From Chloroflexota bacterium (GTDB taxonomy: Bacteria > Chloroflexota > Dehalococcoidia > Bin125): a stretch of DNA of 64,000 bases. How positions within the stretch are numbered: the first letter of the stretch is position 1; each line of letters opens with the position of its first letter. The position numbers and the translations under genes were made by a program. Location of the stretch: positions 211,294-275,293 of the forward strand of contig JAPPNI010000015.1 in NCBI GenBank assembly GCA_028873865.1, read 5' to 3'. Of this stretch, positions 27,467-37,788 are shown one piece after another. The notes beneath the pieces were generated by a model. It had not been told where the DNA came from and did no database searches. It saw only the letters and a list, made by a program, of their open reading frames with translations.

Positions 27467-28441
27467 ATGCCCGATTCCGACGGCGTGGACTGGCAGCAGT
27501 TGGCCGAACGAGTCAGCGCCCGCCATCGCGGCCGCGACTCCCTGATTCGCGGCGTCGCGGTCGTGGGCGACTACGCCCGCAACCAGGTCTGGGAGGGATC
27601 GCTGCTGCAGATCGTCCTGTTTCGTCATCGCAGCGAGGCGTTGATCGACGAGGGCGGTGTGGTCGAGGAGAACGGCGTTTCGGTCGCGGTTGACTCGATC
27701 ACTTCGGGTTCACTGGTCGAGTTGGAGGAGCTGCTGCATCTGGAGCCGCTGGCCGGGCATCTGGCCGACATGCACACCTTGCGCATGGCCGACCAGACAC
27801 TGCGTGACGTGTTGGCGACTTTTCGCGACCGCTACCACTCGGCCGACGGTCGCCAGCTTCGAGCGCGGCGGGCGTTGCAGCGGGCCCGCGTCGCGCTGGA
27901 CGACTACGAGTCGGGGCGACGTCCGATCGATGCGATCGAGGCCCTGCGCTCGGGCATTTTCCCGGCCGCCAGCGCTCTGGTTGGCGAACCGGTCGACCAC
28001 CTGCGGCTGCCGCGTCGCGTGCGGGCGGCCGCCCGTCTGATCCGTCTGCCGAGACTGTGGGCAGAGATCAGCGACGCGCTGGCGCTGGAGAGCGAGGAGC
28101 TTGAGGCTCGCTGGACGGCGATCGACGCGCTGCACTTGTTGGCGAGATCCCACCTGGACGCGAGGATGCCCGAGGTCGGTGCGGCACTGGTCCCGCGTCT
28201 GGAGCGCGCGATCATGCCCGCGCGGCGCGGAAGCGCGGCTCTGGCCCGACAGGGCGACGGAGTCGGTGCAGCCTGGATCGCACTCTCGGCGGCGGCGGAG
28301 CTGGACGGCGTGGTCGAGGCCGCGTCTCCGGGTTGGCGGGAACGAGACGACTATCGAGATCGTGCTGAGGTCGTGTTCGCTCGGCCGGACGCGAAGTCGC
28401 TGCGGAGCATCTGTGTTCAACTCCAGTCGCGGCTGGCCTGA
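27467..28441 (+). CDS. hypothetical protein
   Basis: ORF track. Start set at ATG after the nadE stop. Helical, Arg/Leu-rich. No confident domain. Confidence 0.45.
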   Translation: MPDSDGVDWQQLAERVSARHRGRDSLIRGVAVVGDYARNQVWEGSLLQIVLFRHRSEALIDEGGVVEENGVSVAVDSITSGSLVELEELLHLEPLAGHLADMHTLRMADQTLRDVLATFRDRYHSADGRQLRARRALQRARVALDDYESGRRPIDAIEALRSGIFPAASALVGEPVDHLRLPRRVRAAARLIRLPRLWAEISDALALESEELEARWTAIDALHLLARSHLDARMPEVGAALVPRLERAIMPARRGSAALARQGDGVGAAWIALSAAAELDGVVEAASPGWRERDDYRDRAEVVFARPDAKSLRSICVQLQSRLA

Positions 28442-28461
28442 CCGATGAGTCCGGAGCGCGG

Positions 28462-30282
28462 CTAGGGCAGGACGACCAGAGGATCCACGTACCAGTCGTT
28501 GTGTTGAACCTCGAAGTGCAGGTGCGGTCCGGTGCTGTAGCCCGTGTTGCCGTTGTAGCCGATGATCTCGCCTCTGCTCACCAGCTGTCCTTGCCAGACA
28601 GCGAACTCAACGAGGTGGGCGTAGACAGTGACCCAACCGTTGCCGTGATCGATCTCGACGTACCAGCCGAGTCCGAGCAGTTCGTCGCCGCCGACGAAGG
28701 ACACCACACCGTCGGCCGAGGCGAGGATCGGCTCGTACATGTCGAGGGCGATGTCGAGACCCTTATGGCGGTATGAGCAATCCCAGCTGCGGCAGAGACC
28801 GAACGGGTCGGTCAGTTCGCCTTGCGCCGGCCAGACGAAGTCCGGGCTCGCCAGCGGGAGGATGATCTCCTGGCCGATCACGATGGCGTTGGGGTCGTCG
28901 ACGCCGTTGGCCGGGTCCGCGAGGATGTCCGCCATGTCGACGCCGTGGCGAGCAGCGATGTCCCGCAACGTGTCGCCGGCCTGCACCGTGACGAGCAGAC
29001 CGTCGCGCAGCGGCAGATGCCAGGTCGTGCCCGCCTCCAGCCACTGGCCGGGCTCCAGCCAACCGTGGTTGGCGAGCAGCGTGTGGGGTGTGACGCCGAG
29101 CGTTGCCGCTGCGTATTGCACCAGATCCGCGTCCCACAGCGTGCGCTCCTCGGACACTACGGGAGGCTCAATCGTGCCCGGCAAGTACAGCGGCTGACCG
29201 ACGACCACCAGCTCGCGTATCAGTGACGGATTCTCGGCGCGCAGCTCTTCGCGCGTCAGGCCGTGCGCCTGCGCAATGCCGGCGAACGTATCCCCCGCTT
29301 GCGCGCGATACGTCCGCCGCCGCACATCGACCGCGGGGAGCGTACCGGCCGGCGCGGCGAGGGTCGGTCCGGTCCAGGGCACGGTTAGCCTCTGGCCGGG
29401 CTGGATCAGATTGAGGCTGGCGCCTCCGTTGAGCTGAACCAACTGAGGAAGGGAGATGCCGTGCCGCCGAGCGATCGATGAGGCGATGTCTCCCGTGCGC
29501 ACGGTGTACTGAGCGGTGAACACGCCGATCGCGTCATCGGGATCGAGCGCCGGCACCAGGTAGTCCGGCATCGGAATGTTGATCGTGTCTCCCGGGTGGA
29601 TCACCGCGTCGAAGTCGATCGCCGGGTTGGCCCGGGTGAGATCTTCAATCGTGATGCCGGCGTTGGCGGCGATTCCGAGGAGTGAGTCCCCGGGCCGAAC
29701 GATGTACTCGGCGGTCATCCAGACGGGAGTCTGCGGTTGCGGGTTGGCGACGCCGGCCGTGAGCGATTGCCGCGAGGGATCGGTGTGGGTCCGTGATCCG
29801 GGAACGACAATCGCCTGGCCGGCAAAGATCAGATTCGGATCCATGCCCGGATTGAGGGAGAGGATCGTCTGGACATCGGTTCCCAGCGCCTCTGCAATCG
29901 TTCCCAGGAACTCACCGCTCCCGACGACGTATTCGCGTGTCGACTGAGCGTTGCCGGGAGTTGCCGTATCGCGCTGGTTGGTCTGCGACGAGGTGGATGT
30001 TCCGCCGGCGCTGCGCACGCTGTCGCTGCTGGCTCTGTTGTCCGGTACGTGAATCGTCTGACCGGCGTAGATCGAGTTGGGTGAGGTGATGTCGGCATTG
30101 AGCGCCAGCAGGACCGAGATGCCGACCTGGAGCCGATTGGCGATGTCCCACAGGGTGTCGCCCGCCTGGATCGTGTAGGTGTCGGCGGTCGCCCGGCTCC
30201 ATCCTCCGGCCCCCGTCCAGGCGGAGAACACCACCAATGCGACGGCCAGCTGAATCAGCAGTAATCTTCTGCAGCGGCGCAT
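28462..30282 (-). CDS. LysM-repeat (about 6 copies) M23-family peptidoglycan metalloendopeptidase
   Basis: Repeated Y.V..GDTL..IA LysM units. C-terminal M23 motifs (HKGLDIA...GPHLHFEV). Signal peptide. Confidence 0.85.
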   Translation of the reverse strand: MRRCRRLLLIQLAVALVVFSAWTGAGGWSRATADTYTIQAGDTLWDIANRLQVGISVLLALNADITSPNSIYAGQTIHVPDNRASSDSVRSAGGTSTSSQTNQRDTATPGNAQSTREYVVGSGEFLGTIAEALGTDVQTILSLNPGMDPNLIFAGQAIVVPGSRTHTDPSRQSLTAGVANPQPQTPVWMTAEYIVRPGDSLLGIAANAGITIEDLTRANPAIDFDAVIHPGDTINIPMPDYLVPALDPDDAIGVFTAQYTVRTGDIASSIARRHGISLPQLVQLNGGASLNLIQPGQRLTVPWTGPTLAAPAGTLPAVDVRRRTYRAQAGDTFAGIAQAHGLTREELRAENPSLIRELVVVGQPLYLPGTIEPPVVSEERTLWDADLVQYAAATLGVTPHTLLANHGWLEPGQWLEAGTTWHLPLRDGLLVTVQAGDTLRDIAARHGVDMADILADPANGVDDPNAIVIGQEIILPLASPDFVWPAQGELTDPFGLCRSWDCSYRHKGLDIALDMYEPILASADGVVSFVGGDELLGLGWYVEIDHGNGWVTVYAHLVEFAVWQGQLVSRGEIIGYNGNTGYSTGPHLHFEVQHNDWYVDPLVVLP

Positions 30283-30434
30283 ATGTCACTCTATGCACCG
30301 GAGGGCGAATGTCAGATCGGGCGAACGTCAAGGGAGTGATAACTTCCTCACGAGTGACGTAACGCGGCCCGTAACAGGCCCCTGTCGACACGACGATGAA
30401 GCGCACCCGGCCAGAACCAGGAGTGAATTGCCGC

Positions 30435-31223
30435 ATGACCTACGAATTGATCGAAGTGGAGAAGCGCGGAGCGGTCGGCATCATTCGCAAGAATCGTCCG
30501 GAGAAGCTCAATGCCTGGAGCCGCGCCATGGCGGCCGAGGAGAAGGACGCGGTCACCAACTTCAACAACGATCCCGAGGTGGCGGCCATTGTCTTCACCG
30601 GCAACGGGCGAGCCTACTGCGCCGGACTCGATCTGCAACAACAACAGGCCGAGGTGCAGAGCGGCGACGCCTCGCGGCGCGCGGGCGAAGCGGACGAACA
30701 CGACGAGACCTGGACCGATTTCTGTACCGAGAGCAAGCCGATCATCGCCGCTGTCCATGGCTACGCCGTCGGCGTCGGGGTGACGACCATCCTGCCGTTC
30801 GATTTCCGCATCGCCGGCGAGAGCGCGCAGTTCGGGTTCCGCTTCGTCAAGATGGGTCTGCTGCCCGAGGCGGCCTCGACCACCTTGCTGCCGCGGTTGA
30901 TCGGTGTCGGCCGGGCGCTGGACTGGTGCCTGACCGGCCGGTTTGTCGGCGCGCAGGAGGCGCTGGAAGCAGGCCTGGTTCGCGATGTCGCGCCGGACGA
31001 CGAGCTGGTTGACCGCGCCGTCGCTCTGGGCGAGGAACTGGCGCAAAATCCCGATTCGATCATGCGCCGCGTGAAATCGCTGTTTTCGCAAAATCAACTG
31101 GAAGCGAATATCGGCCTCGTGCAACAGCGCGAGGGCGAGGCGCTAGAGTGGGCGATGCAGACACCGGAGCATGCGGAAGCGATCGCCGCGTTTCTTGAGA
31201 AGCGGCCCGCGAAATTCCGCTAA
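30435..31223 (+). CDS. enoyl-CoA hydratase/isomerase (crotonase) family protein
   Basis: AYCAGLDL and AAVHGYAVGVG crotonase motifs. AGGAG precedes ATG 30435. Confidence 0.85.
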   Translation: MTYELIEVEKRGAVGIIRKNRPEKLNAWSRAMAAEEKDAVTNFNNDPEVAAIVFTGNGRAYCAGLDLQQQQAEVQSGDASRRAGEADEHDETWTDFCTESKPIIAAVHGYAVGVGVTTILPFDFRIAGESAQFGFRFVKMGLLPEAASTTLLPRLIGVGRALDWCLTGRFVGAQEALEAGLVRDVAPDDELVDRAVALGEELAQNPDSIMRRVKSLFSQNQLEANIGLVQQREGEALEWAMQTPEHAEAIAAFLEKRPAKFR

Positions 31224-31277
31224 GCGACGCGCCATCAGGCACCCCATGCGGCGGGGCGACTCGGTTGGGAGACCGGG

Positions 31278-32459
31278 ATGTCCCTGCAGGAAGCCGCCTC
31301 GTCGGGTTCATTCAATCCGGGAGCGGCGCAACCGTCTGATCCGAAACAAACCCAGTGGCCGCACCCACCCGCCGCGGGTGGCGACGCCGTCGATCAGACG
31401 ATCGCCGAGCCGACCTCGCCGTTCGGCGCTCCGTACGATCCTTCGGTGGGTCCAGAGGAAGCGATCGCCGGCAGCGGCGAACCGGATATGCGCGCCACTC
31501 GCCGACGCGCGTGGACAGTGGTCAGTCTGGCGATCGTGATCCCGGCTGCCGTCGCCGGCGTGATTGCCTGGCAGCTGTTCGGGAGCGACGCCGAGCCCGC
31601 GCCGGTGGTCACACGCGTGACGACCACGCCCGCTCAGGTGGAGACTTCCGAAGCCCAGACCGCAACGGGAACCCCGGTTGCGGCCTCGGTTTCCGCCGAG
31701 ACCGGGAATTCAGCGACCGCCGCGGCAACCACGACGCAGACCGCGACCGTCGCCGTCTCGACCGAGGCAACCGCGGCAGAGGCTGAGACCACGGCGGCGG
31801 CAGTGGCTGCTGAGCCGGCCGTCGACCTGTCTGGGCTGGACCCTGCTGCTCGCCTGGCAGCGTGGACCAACCTCGAAACGATCCAGGTGCTGCCCGGAGA
31901 GACCCTCTGGCTGATCGCCCAGAACTACAACACCACGATCTCGGCGATCGCCACGCTCAACAACATCAGCGATCCTGAGACGTTGAGCATCGGTCAGCAA
32001 CTCGTGATCCCGGTCGGCTTTGCGGAGGAGATCGTTGAGACTTCCGCGATCGTTGAAGATGGGACCGAATCAGCCGCGGTCAGCGGAGACTCGGTTGGCA
32101 TCACTGCCGCGGTGACCGAAGTTCCGGCAGCCACCGACGAATTGACCAACTGGCACACTATTGCTCCGGTCCTGATCGAGGAAGGCGACAGCCTTCAGGC
32201 GATCGCGGTCGCCAACGACACCACGGTCGAAGCGATCATGGCGCTCAACGGCATCGCCGACTCGAACCTGATCTTCGTCGGCGACACGTTGCTGATCCCG
32301 GTCGGCTTCCAGGGCGACGCCGGCCCCATCGTTGCTGCTGAGCAGAGTGTCGCACTCGAGGCCGGCTCCGAAGCGACTGCAACCGAGACCACGGAAGATC
32401 TGATGGAGGACGAAGGGGCGACCGGCGCCAGCGCCGGCGACGACCTGATGGAGGAGTAA
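31278..32459 (+). CDS. membrane-anchored protein with two LysM domains and Thr/Ala-rich linker
   Basis: One TM (WTVVSLAIVIPAAVAGVIAW). Two LysM units (VLPGETLWLIA...; IEEGDSLQAIA...). N-terminal start is uncertain. Confidence 0.65.
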   Translation: MSLQEAASSGSFNPGAAQPSDPKQTQWPHPPAAGGDAVDQTIAEPTSPFGAPYDPSVGPEEAIAGSGEPDMRATRRRAWTVVSLAIVIPAAVAGVIAWQLFGSDAEPAPVVTRVTTTPAQVETSEAQTATGTPVAASVSAETGNSATAAATTTQTATVAVSTEATAAEAETTAAAVAAEPAVDLSGLDPAARLAAWTNLETIQVLPGETLWLIAQNYNTTISAIATLNNISDPETLSIGQQLVIPVGFAEEIVETSAIVEDGTESAAVSGDSVGITAAVTEVPAATDELTNWHTIAPVLIEEGDSLQAIAVANDTTVEAIMALNGIADSNLIFVGDTLLIPVGFQGDAGPIVAAEQSVALEAGSEATATETTEDLMEDEGATGASAGDDLMEE

Positions 32460-32552
32460 CCGCCCGGACGGCGCGTACACCAGACGCGCCCTCGGCCGCT
32501 TGCAACTTCGCGAGCAGCTGAGGGCGCGTCTGCGTGTCCGCAGGTCGGTCAG

Positions 32553-32945
32553 TTAGTCCTTCGGGTCGGGTGTGACGTTGCGCTCAATGAAGCGCCACTG
32601 TCCGTCGACCTTGCGGAGTTTGTCGTCGTAGCGGCCCGTGATCACGCTGTTGCCGCCGTCTTTGGTCTGAATCAGGTTCAGATAGCAACTGTGGGTCGCT
32701 TCGTCGCCGTCGCCGTCGACGACGTGGTTGTTCGTCCAGTGCCGCGCACCGGCCATCTGCGAGCCGAAGCCGGCGACAAACTGGGCCAGCGCGACGTGAC
32801 CGGTGACCGGCTGCGGTCCGCCGTTGAACACGCCGTCCTCGGTGAACGTACCCGCCCAGGCTTCGCCGTCGCCGAAATCGATCGCGTGGTTATAGCGCGC
32901 CGCGAGCTCCAGAATCTCCATCTTGTCCGCTGCGTCGAGTGCCAT
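32553..32945 (-). CDS. SnoaL-like / NTF2-fold family protein
   Basis: 130-aa alpha+beta cone-like sequence (ILELAARYNHAIDFGD...RFIER). Confidence 0.7.
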   Translation of the reverse strand: MALDAADKMEILELAARYNHAIDFGDGEAWAGTFTEDGVFNGGPQPVTGHVALAQFVAGFGSQMAGARHWTNNHVVDGDGDEATHSCYLNLIQTKDGGNSVITGRYDDKLRKVDGQWRFIERNVTPDPKD

Positions 32946-32959
32946 TTCGGTTCCTTCCG

Positions 32960-33232
32960 CTATTCGTTCTGCCTGTTGTCCGAGTCCTCGCGCAGGATAG
33001 CGAGGTCGTGTGAAACCTGGTCGACGGAACGATGCACGCCATGCTCAAACAGCAGCAGCGTGACGAGGTTGAGTGACAGCGGTGAATCGTGCGAATAGCG
33101 CTCGCGAATCCACGAGGCCTGGGTGGCAGCGTCAGCTTCCTCGGGAAAGGCGGACTTCAGCGCTTGGACCCTGTCCAGCAGGACAGGTAATCGTGCTGCA
33201 TCCTCGGCTGACAGTCGGACTCGCGGCGGCAT
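32960..33232 (-). CDS. small hypothetical protein (90 aa), probably co-transcribed with the SnoaL-like gene
   Basis: Only the C-terminal 90 codons of antisense ORF 32960..34450 have protein-like composition (MPPRVRLSAEDAARLPVLLDRVQALKS...). ATG at 33232. Stop lies 15 nt before the SnoaL-like start. Confidence 0.45.
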   Translation of the reverse strand: MPPRVRLSAEDAARLPVLLDRVQALKSAFPEEADAATQASWIRERYSHDSPLSLNLVTLLLFEHGVHRSVDQVSHDLAILREDSDNRQNE

Positions 33233-33295
33233 GGGGCAAAGGTATCCTGCCCGCGTACGACGACGGCCACGTAGAGCAGGCGACGGGAAGCGATC

Positions 33296-34480
33296 ATGCA
33301 GGGACCGCTGGACGGCTATCGCATCCTCGATTTGACCCGCTATCAGCAGGGCCCCTACGCCACCGTGATGCTGTCCGATCTCGGCGCCGAGATCTGGAAG
33401 GTCGAACCGCCCGGCGGCGATCCGGGCCGCGCTTCCGATCTCTCGGGCGATGGCTTCTCGCGCTACTTCGAGGCCCATGATCGAGGCAAGCGTTCCATCG
33501 TTCTCAACCTGCGCGATTCGGCGGCGGTCGAGGCCGCGTTGCGCATGGCCGAGCGCTGTGACGGGGTGATCGACAACTATCGTCCGGGCGTGATGGACCG
33601 GCTCGGGCTCGGCTACGACAGACTCCGGGAGCGTAACCCAGGAATCGTCATGGTCTCGGCCTCGGCCTTCGGCGCTGACGGGCCGCAGGCCGGCGAGCCC
33701 GGCTACGACGTGATCGGCCAGGCGACCGGCGGTGTGATGACGCTGCAGGCGCTCGGTCCCGACGAGGAACCGCGCACGCTGCCCGGCGGTTTCGCCGACC
33801 AGGTCGGCGCGATGCAGGCCTGCATCGCGATGTTGGCCGGGTTGCTTGCGGCCAAAGACTCGGGACAGGGACAACAGGTTGATGTCTCGTTGCTCGGCTC
33901 GCAGATCGCGCTTCAATCCGTCTACATCACCGGTTTTCTCAAGGACGGTCAGCAGCCGCACATGCGACGCCGGCGTATGCCGACCTTCACCTTCTACCGG
34001 GCGTCGGACGGTCGCTGGCTGGTGATCGGCGTCGTCGATCCAAAGAACTGGCGCGCGCTCTGCGCCCTGATGGGTCATCCGGAGTGGGAACGCGATGACC
34101 GCTTCGCAACTGCGCCGGCCAGGATGAAACACACCGATGACCTGGAAGCTCTGCTGGAAGAGTGTTTCGCCAGCGCCGACCGCGACGAATGGTTGCGCCG
34201 CCTGCGCGAGGCCGACATCCCCTCGGCTCCAGTGAACAGCTACGCCGATGTCGAGGCTTCGGAGCAGGTCTGGACCAACGGCTATCTGACCGAGATATCC
34301 GATCCGCGCTACGGAACTCGACGTGTCACCGGCCTGCCCTGGAACTTCTCGGCGACTCCCGGTGCGGTGCAGGGCCGAGCACCGGAACTGAACGCCGACG
34401 CCGACTCGATTCTGGCCGAGTGCGGCTATAGCGTTGACGAGATTGCTCAACTCCGCTCCTGCGGGGCGTTACCGACGTAG
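33296..34480 (+). CDS. family III CoA-transferase (second copy)
   Basis: GYRILDLT..GPYATVMLSDLGAEI signature. Paralog of 5925..7130. Confidence 0.85.
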   Translation: MQGPLDGYRILDLTRYQQGPYATVMLSDLGAEIWKVEPPGGDPGRASDLSGDGFSRYFEAHDRGKRSIVLNLRDSAAVEAALRMAERCDGVIDNYRPGVMDRLGLGYDRLRERNPGIVMVSASAFGADGPQAGEPGYDVIGQATGGVMTLQALGPDEEPRTLPGGFADQVGAMQACIAMLAGLLAAKDSGQGQQVDVSLLGSQIALQSVYITGFLKDGQQPHMRRRRMPTFTFYRASDGRWLVIGVVDPKNWRALCALMGHPEWERDDRFATAPARMKHTDDLEALLEECFASADRDEWLRRLREADIPSAPVNSYADVEASEQVWTNGYLTEISDPRYGTRRVTGLPWNFSATPGAVQGRAPELNADADSILAECGYSVDEIAQLRSCGALPT

Positions 34481-34499
34481 ATCCTGGAAAGACCTGCTC

Positions 34500-35966
34500 A
34501 TGAGCGACACACCAGCCGACGTGATCGGCTTCTACTCGACCCAGCTGGGCGTCGACGAAGCGGCGGCCGAATCGGTCCTTGCCTCCGCACTGGGGCGAGG
34601 CGGATCCTTCGCCGAACTGTACTTCGAGCACAAGCGATCGGGCTCCCTCAGCTTCGAGGATCAACAGGTGAAGTCGACCCAGGCGTCGCTCTCGCAGGGT
34701 GTCGGGATCCGGGTCGTCGAGGGCGACGCGATCGGCTACGCGTACACCGAGGATCTGTCGCTCGACGCGATGCGCCGCGCCGCTGCCACGGCGGCCCAGA
34801 TTGCGCACGGCACGACTGAGACCAACCCGGTCGATGTGACTGCGGAGTCGTATCCCGCCGATCGCTACGCGATCGCTTCGCCCAGCACATCGACTCCACT
34901 CGCCGACAAGGTCGAACTGCTCCGCCGAGCCGACGATGCCGCGCGCGCGTACCACTCCAGCATTGCCCGCGTCGACGCATCGATGGTCGATGAGGAGAAG
35001 CGCGTCCTGATCGTCCGCAGTGACGGTCGGATGGTCGCCGACTACCAGCCGCTGCTGAGATTCAACGTGTCCTGCCTCTCCGAGCTCGAGGGCGAACGCC
35101 GCAACGCTCGCTGGGGCGGCGGTGGTCGGATGGGCATGGCCTACTTCGAGAACCACTCGCCGGAGTCGCTGGCCGAGGAGGCCGCCCGGCAGGCCGTGCT
35201 GCAGCAGGAGGCGCGCGAGGCTCCGGCGGGCACGTTTCCCGTTGTGCTCGCCGCCGGCGACTCCGGCATCCTCCTGCACGAGGCGGTTGGGCACGGACTC
35301 GAAGCCGACTTCAACCGCAAGGAGACTTCCAACTACTCCAATCGGATCGGTCAATCGGTCGCGTCCGAGTTGGTCACCGTGATCGACGACGCCACGCTCA
35401 ACCTGTCCCGTGGTTCGGTCAACATCGACGACGAGGGCGAGGTCACCGGGCACAACCTGCTGATCGAGAACGGTCAACTTGCGGCCTACATGCAGGACCG
35501 GATCTCGTCCGACCACTTCGGCGTCGCCCCGTCGGGTAACGGACGGCGGCAGTCGTTCCGTCACTCGCCGATGCCGCGGATGACCAACACGTACATGACC
35601 GCTGGAGACGACGAGCCCGAGGATCTGATCCGGCGCGTGGACTACGGCATCTATTGCAAGGCCTTCAGCGGTGGGCAGGTGAACATCACCAATGGCGACT
35701 TCGTCTTCTCGGTGACCGAGGGCTACCTGATCGAAAACGGACAGATCAGCGCGCCGATCCGCGATGTCAACCTGATCGGTAACGGCCCCGACGTGTTGTC
35801 CAAAGTCACCGGCGTCGGACACGACCTGGAGATGTCGGACGGACGCTGGACCTGTGGCAAGTCGGGACAATCGGTGCCGGTCGGCGTCGGTATCCCGACC
35901 GTGCTGGTCTCGGGAATCACCGTCGGCGGCACGCAGATGCGGCCGGGCGCCGGGATGTCGGCCTGA
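34500..35966 (+). CDS. tldD: TldD-family metalloprotease
   Basis: HEAVGHGLEADFN zinc motif. Start at internal ATG 34500 (MSDTPADVIGFY). Confidence 0.85.
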   Translation: MSDTPADVIGFYSTQLGVDEAAAESVLASALGRGGSFAELYFEHKRSGSLSFEDQQVKSTQASLSQGVGIRVVEGDAIGYAYTEDLSLDAMRRAAATAAQIAHGTTETNPVDVTAESYPADRYAIASPSTSTPLADKVELLRRADDAARAYHSSIARVDASMVDEEKRVLIVRSDGRMVADYQPLLRFNVSCLSELEGERRNARWGGGGRMGMAYFENHSPESLAEEAARQAVLQQEAREAPAGTFPVVLAAGDSGILLHEAVGHGLEADFNRKETSNYSNRIGQSVASELVTVIDDATLNLSRGSVNIDDEGEVTGHNLLIENGQLAAYMQDRISSDHFGVAPSGNGRRQSFRHSPMPRMTNTYMTAGDDEPEDLIRRVDYGIYCKAFSGGQVNITNGDFVFSVTEGYLIENGQISAPIRDVNLIGNGPDVLSKVTGVGHDLEMSDGRWTCGKSGQSVPVGVGIPTVLVSGITVGGTQMRPGAGMSA

Positions 35967-37333
35967 TGGCGACCACGACGCTCTCGACCGAACCGCTCGA
36001 ACTCGCAGCTCGCCTGCTCGAACTTGCCGAGGCGGCGGGCGCCGACCAGGCCGACGCCCTGGCGGTCAGTTCGACCAATGCCTCCACCACGGTACGCAAG
36101 CAACAGGTAGAGAAAGTCTCAGAGTCGACGGCGCGGTCGGTTGGCCTGCGCGTCATCATCAATGGCCGGCAGGCGACCGTCTCGACCAGCGACGTCAGCG
36201 ACGCCGCACTCGCCGAGACCGTGGAGACGGCGCTTGAACTCGCTCGAGTCTCCGAACCGGACCCTTACGCCGGACTGGCCGACCCCGGAGAGCAGGCCCG
36301 CAACACTCCGCAACTCGCGCTGTTCGACGAGGGGATCCCCGAGGTCGATGGCGAACACCGCCTCGGTCAGGCTCTGGCCTGCGAGGAAGCGGCGCTCGGC
36401 GCCGACACGCGCATCGTCAACAGCGGCGGCGCAACGTTCAGCACTAACTTCAGCAGTTTCGCCCTGGTCGACACCAACGGCTTTTCCGGAGCCTATGCCG
36501 ACACCTCCGCCTCGATGTGGGTCGAGGTCATGGCCCAGGAAGAAGACGGTCAACTGCGCAACGCCGGCTGGTCGACATCCGAGCGCAGCCTGCATCGTCT
36601 GGATCAGCCGGAAGATGTCGGACGAGAGGCTGCCGCCCGCGCGTTGCGCCAGCTCGGCGCATCCAAGGCGTCGACCTGTGAGGTACCCGTCGTCTGGGAG
36701 CCGCGGATGGCCGCCGGATTGGCCGGAATCGTGGCCGGCGCGGCGAGCGGGGAGGCGCTTTATCGGCGCGCGACGTTCCTCGCCGATCGCCAGCAAACCG
36801 AGCTCGCCGCGCCATTGCTGACCATCGTCGACGACGCGACGCTCGGCAATCGGCTGGGATCACGACCGTTCGACGGGGAAGGAGTCGTCACGCGACGCAA
36901 CCCGTTAGTCGAACGCGGGGTGTTCCAGGGATTTCTCTTCGATTCCTACAACGCCCGACGGCTCGACGCGGCCAGCACGGGCTCAGCCTGGCGCAGCGTC
37001 GGCGGACTGCCCCAGATCGGCAGCGGCAATCTCTCAATCGAGGCAGGGGAAACGTCGCCGGAGGAGATCATCGCCGAGGTCGACGACGGCCTCTACCTGA
37101 CCACGCTGATGGGCTTCGGGATCAACTACACGACCGGCGATTTTTCCCGCGGAGCGGCCGGCATCTGGATCCGAAACGGCGAGTTGGCGGAACCGGTGCA
37201 GGAGATCAACGTCTCCGGCAACCTGCTCGAGATGTTCCAACGCATCGACGCGGTCGGCAACGACGCCCAGTGGTTCGGCGCCACCTCGGCGCCCACGCTG
37301 AGGATGTCGCGGATGACGGTCAGCGGGGTCTGA
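35966..37333 (+). CDS. pmbA: PmbA/TldE-family protein
   Basis: PmbA_TldD family features. ATG overlaps the tldD stop. Confidence 0.85.
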   Translation: MATTTLSTEPLELAARLLELAEAAGADQADALAVSSTNASTTVRKQQVEKVSESTARSVGLRVIINGRQATVSTSDVSDAALAETVETALELARVSEPDPYAGLADPGEQARNTPQLALFDEGIPEVDGEHRLGQALACEEAALGADTRIVNSGGATFSTNFSSFALVDTNGFSGAYADTSASMWVEVMAQEEDGQLRNAGWSTSERSLHRLDQPEDVGREAAARALRQLGASKASTCEVPVVWEPRMAAGLAGIVAGAASGEALYRRATFLADRQQTELAAPLLTIVDDATLGNRLGSRPFDGEGVVTRRNPLVERGVFQGFLFDSYNARRLDAASTGSAWRSVGGLPQIGSGNLSIEAGETSPEEIIAEVDDGLYLTTLMGFGINYTTGDFSRGAAGIWIRNGELAEPVQEINVSGNLLEMFQRIDAVGNDAQWFGATSAPTLRMSRMTVSGV

Positions 37334-37336
37334 CGC

Positions 37337-37774
37337 TCAGTCGCATCCGGGCAGCAGCACCACCGCCGAGGAGCGAACGCTGCGGTCGCCGGTTGCCTGC
37401 TCGATCCACAACTCCAGGTGGACCTCTCTGCCACCCTCGACCGGCTCGATGCGCGTCACCTGACCGCCGATCGTGAAGCGGTTGCCGTGGTAGTCGGGAC
37501 GCCGGAACCCCGATTGCAACCGCACGATCTTGCCGTCCGGCCGGGCCAGTTGTCGCAGGTACGAGAGCAGGAAGGCCGACTTGTACTCGGCCGGAATCAA
37601 CGGACGCTCAAGGCCGGTCGCGCGGGCGGCGACGGGATCGAGGAAGATCGGAATCGCGAAACCGGCCGCTCCGATGAACTTCGCGACATCCATGATGTCG
37701 GGAGCGAGCACGCGCTCGGGCAGCGGTGTGCCCTCGCTCAGTTCTCCGAGGTCAACCAATCGAGGCAGTGGCAC
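37337..37774 (-). CDS. MaoC-like hotdog-fold dehydratase
   Basis: 145 aa, hotdog-like (RFTIGGQVTRIE...VHLELWIE). Confidence 0.7.
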   Translation of the reverse strand: MPLPRLVDLGELSEGTPLPERVLAPDIMDVAKFIGAAGFAIPIFLDPVAARATGLERPLIPAEYKSAFLLSYLRQLARPDGKIVRLQSGFRRPDYHGNRFTIGGQVTRIEPVEGGREVHLELWIEQATGDRSVRSSAVVLLPGCD

Positions 37775-37788
37775 GGAGGTCTACTGAT

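Noticed and set aside
32960-34450. 496-aa minus-strand ORF taken as a whole
   Set aside because: Residues upstream of Met 33232 are an Arg-rich antisense of the CoA-transferase gene. Only the C-terminal 90 codons were retained as a candidate small gene.
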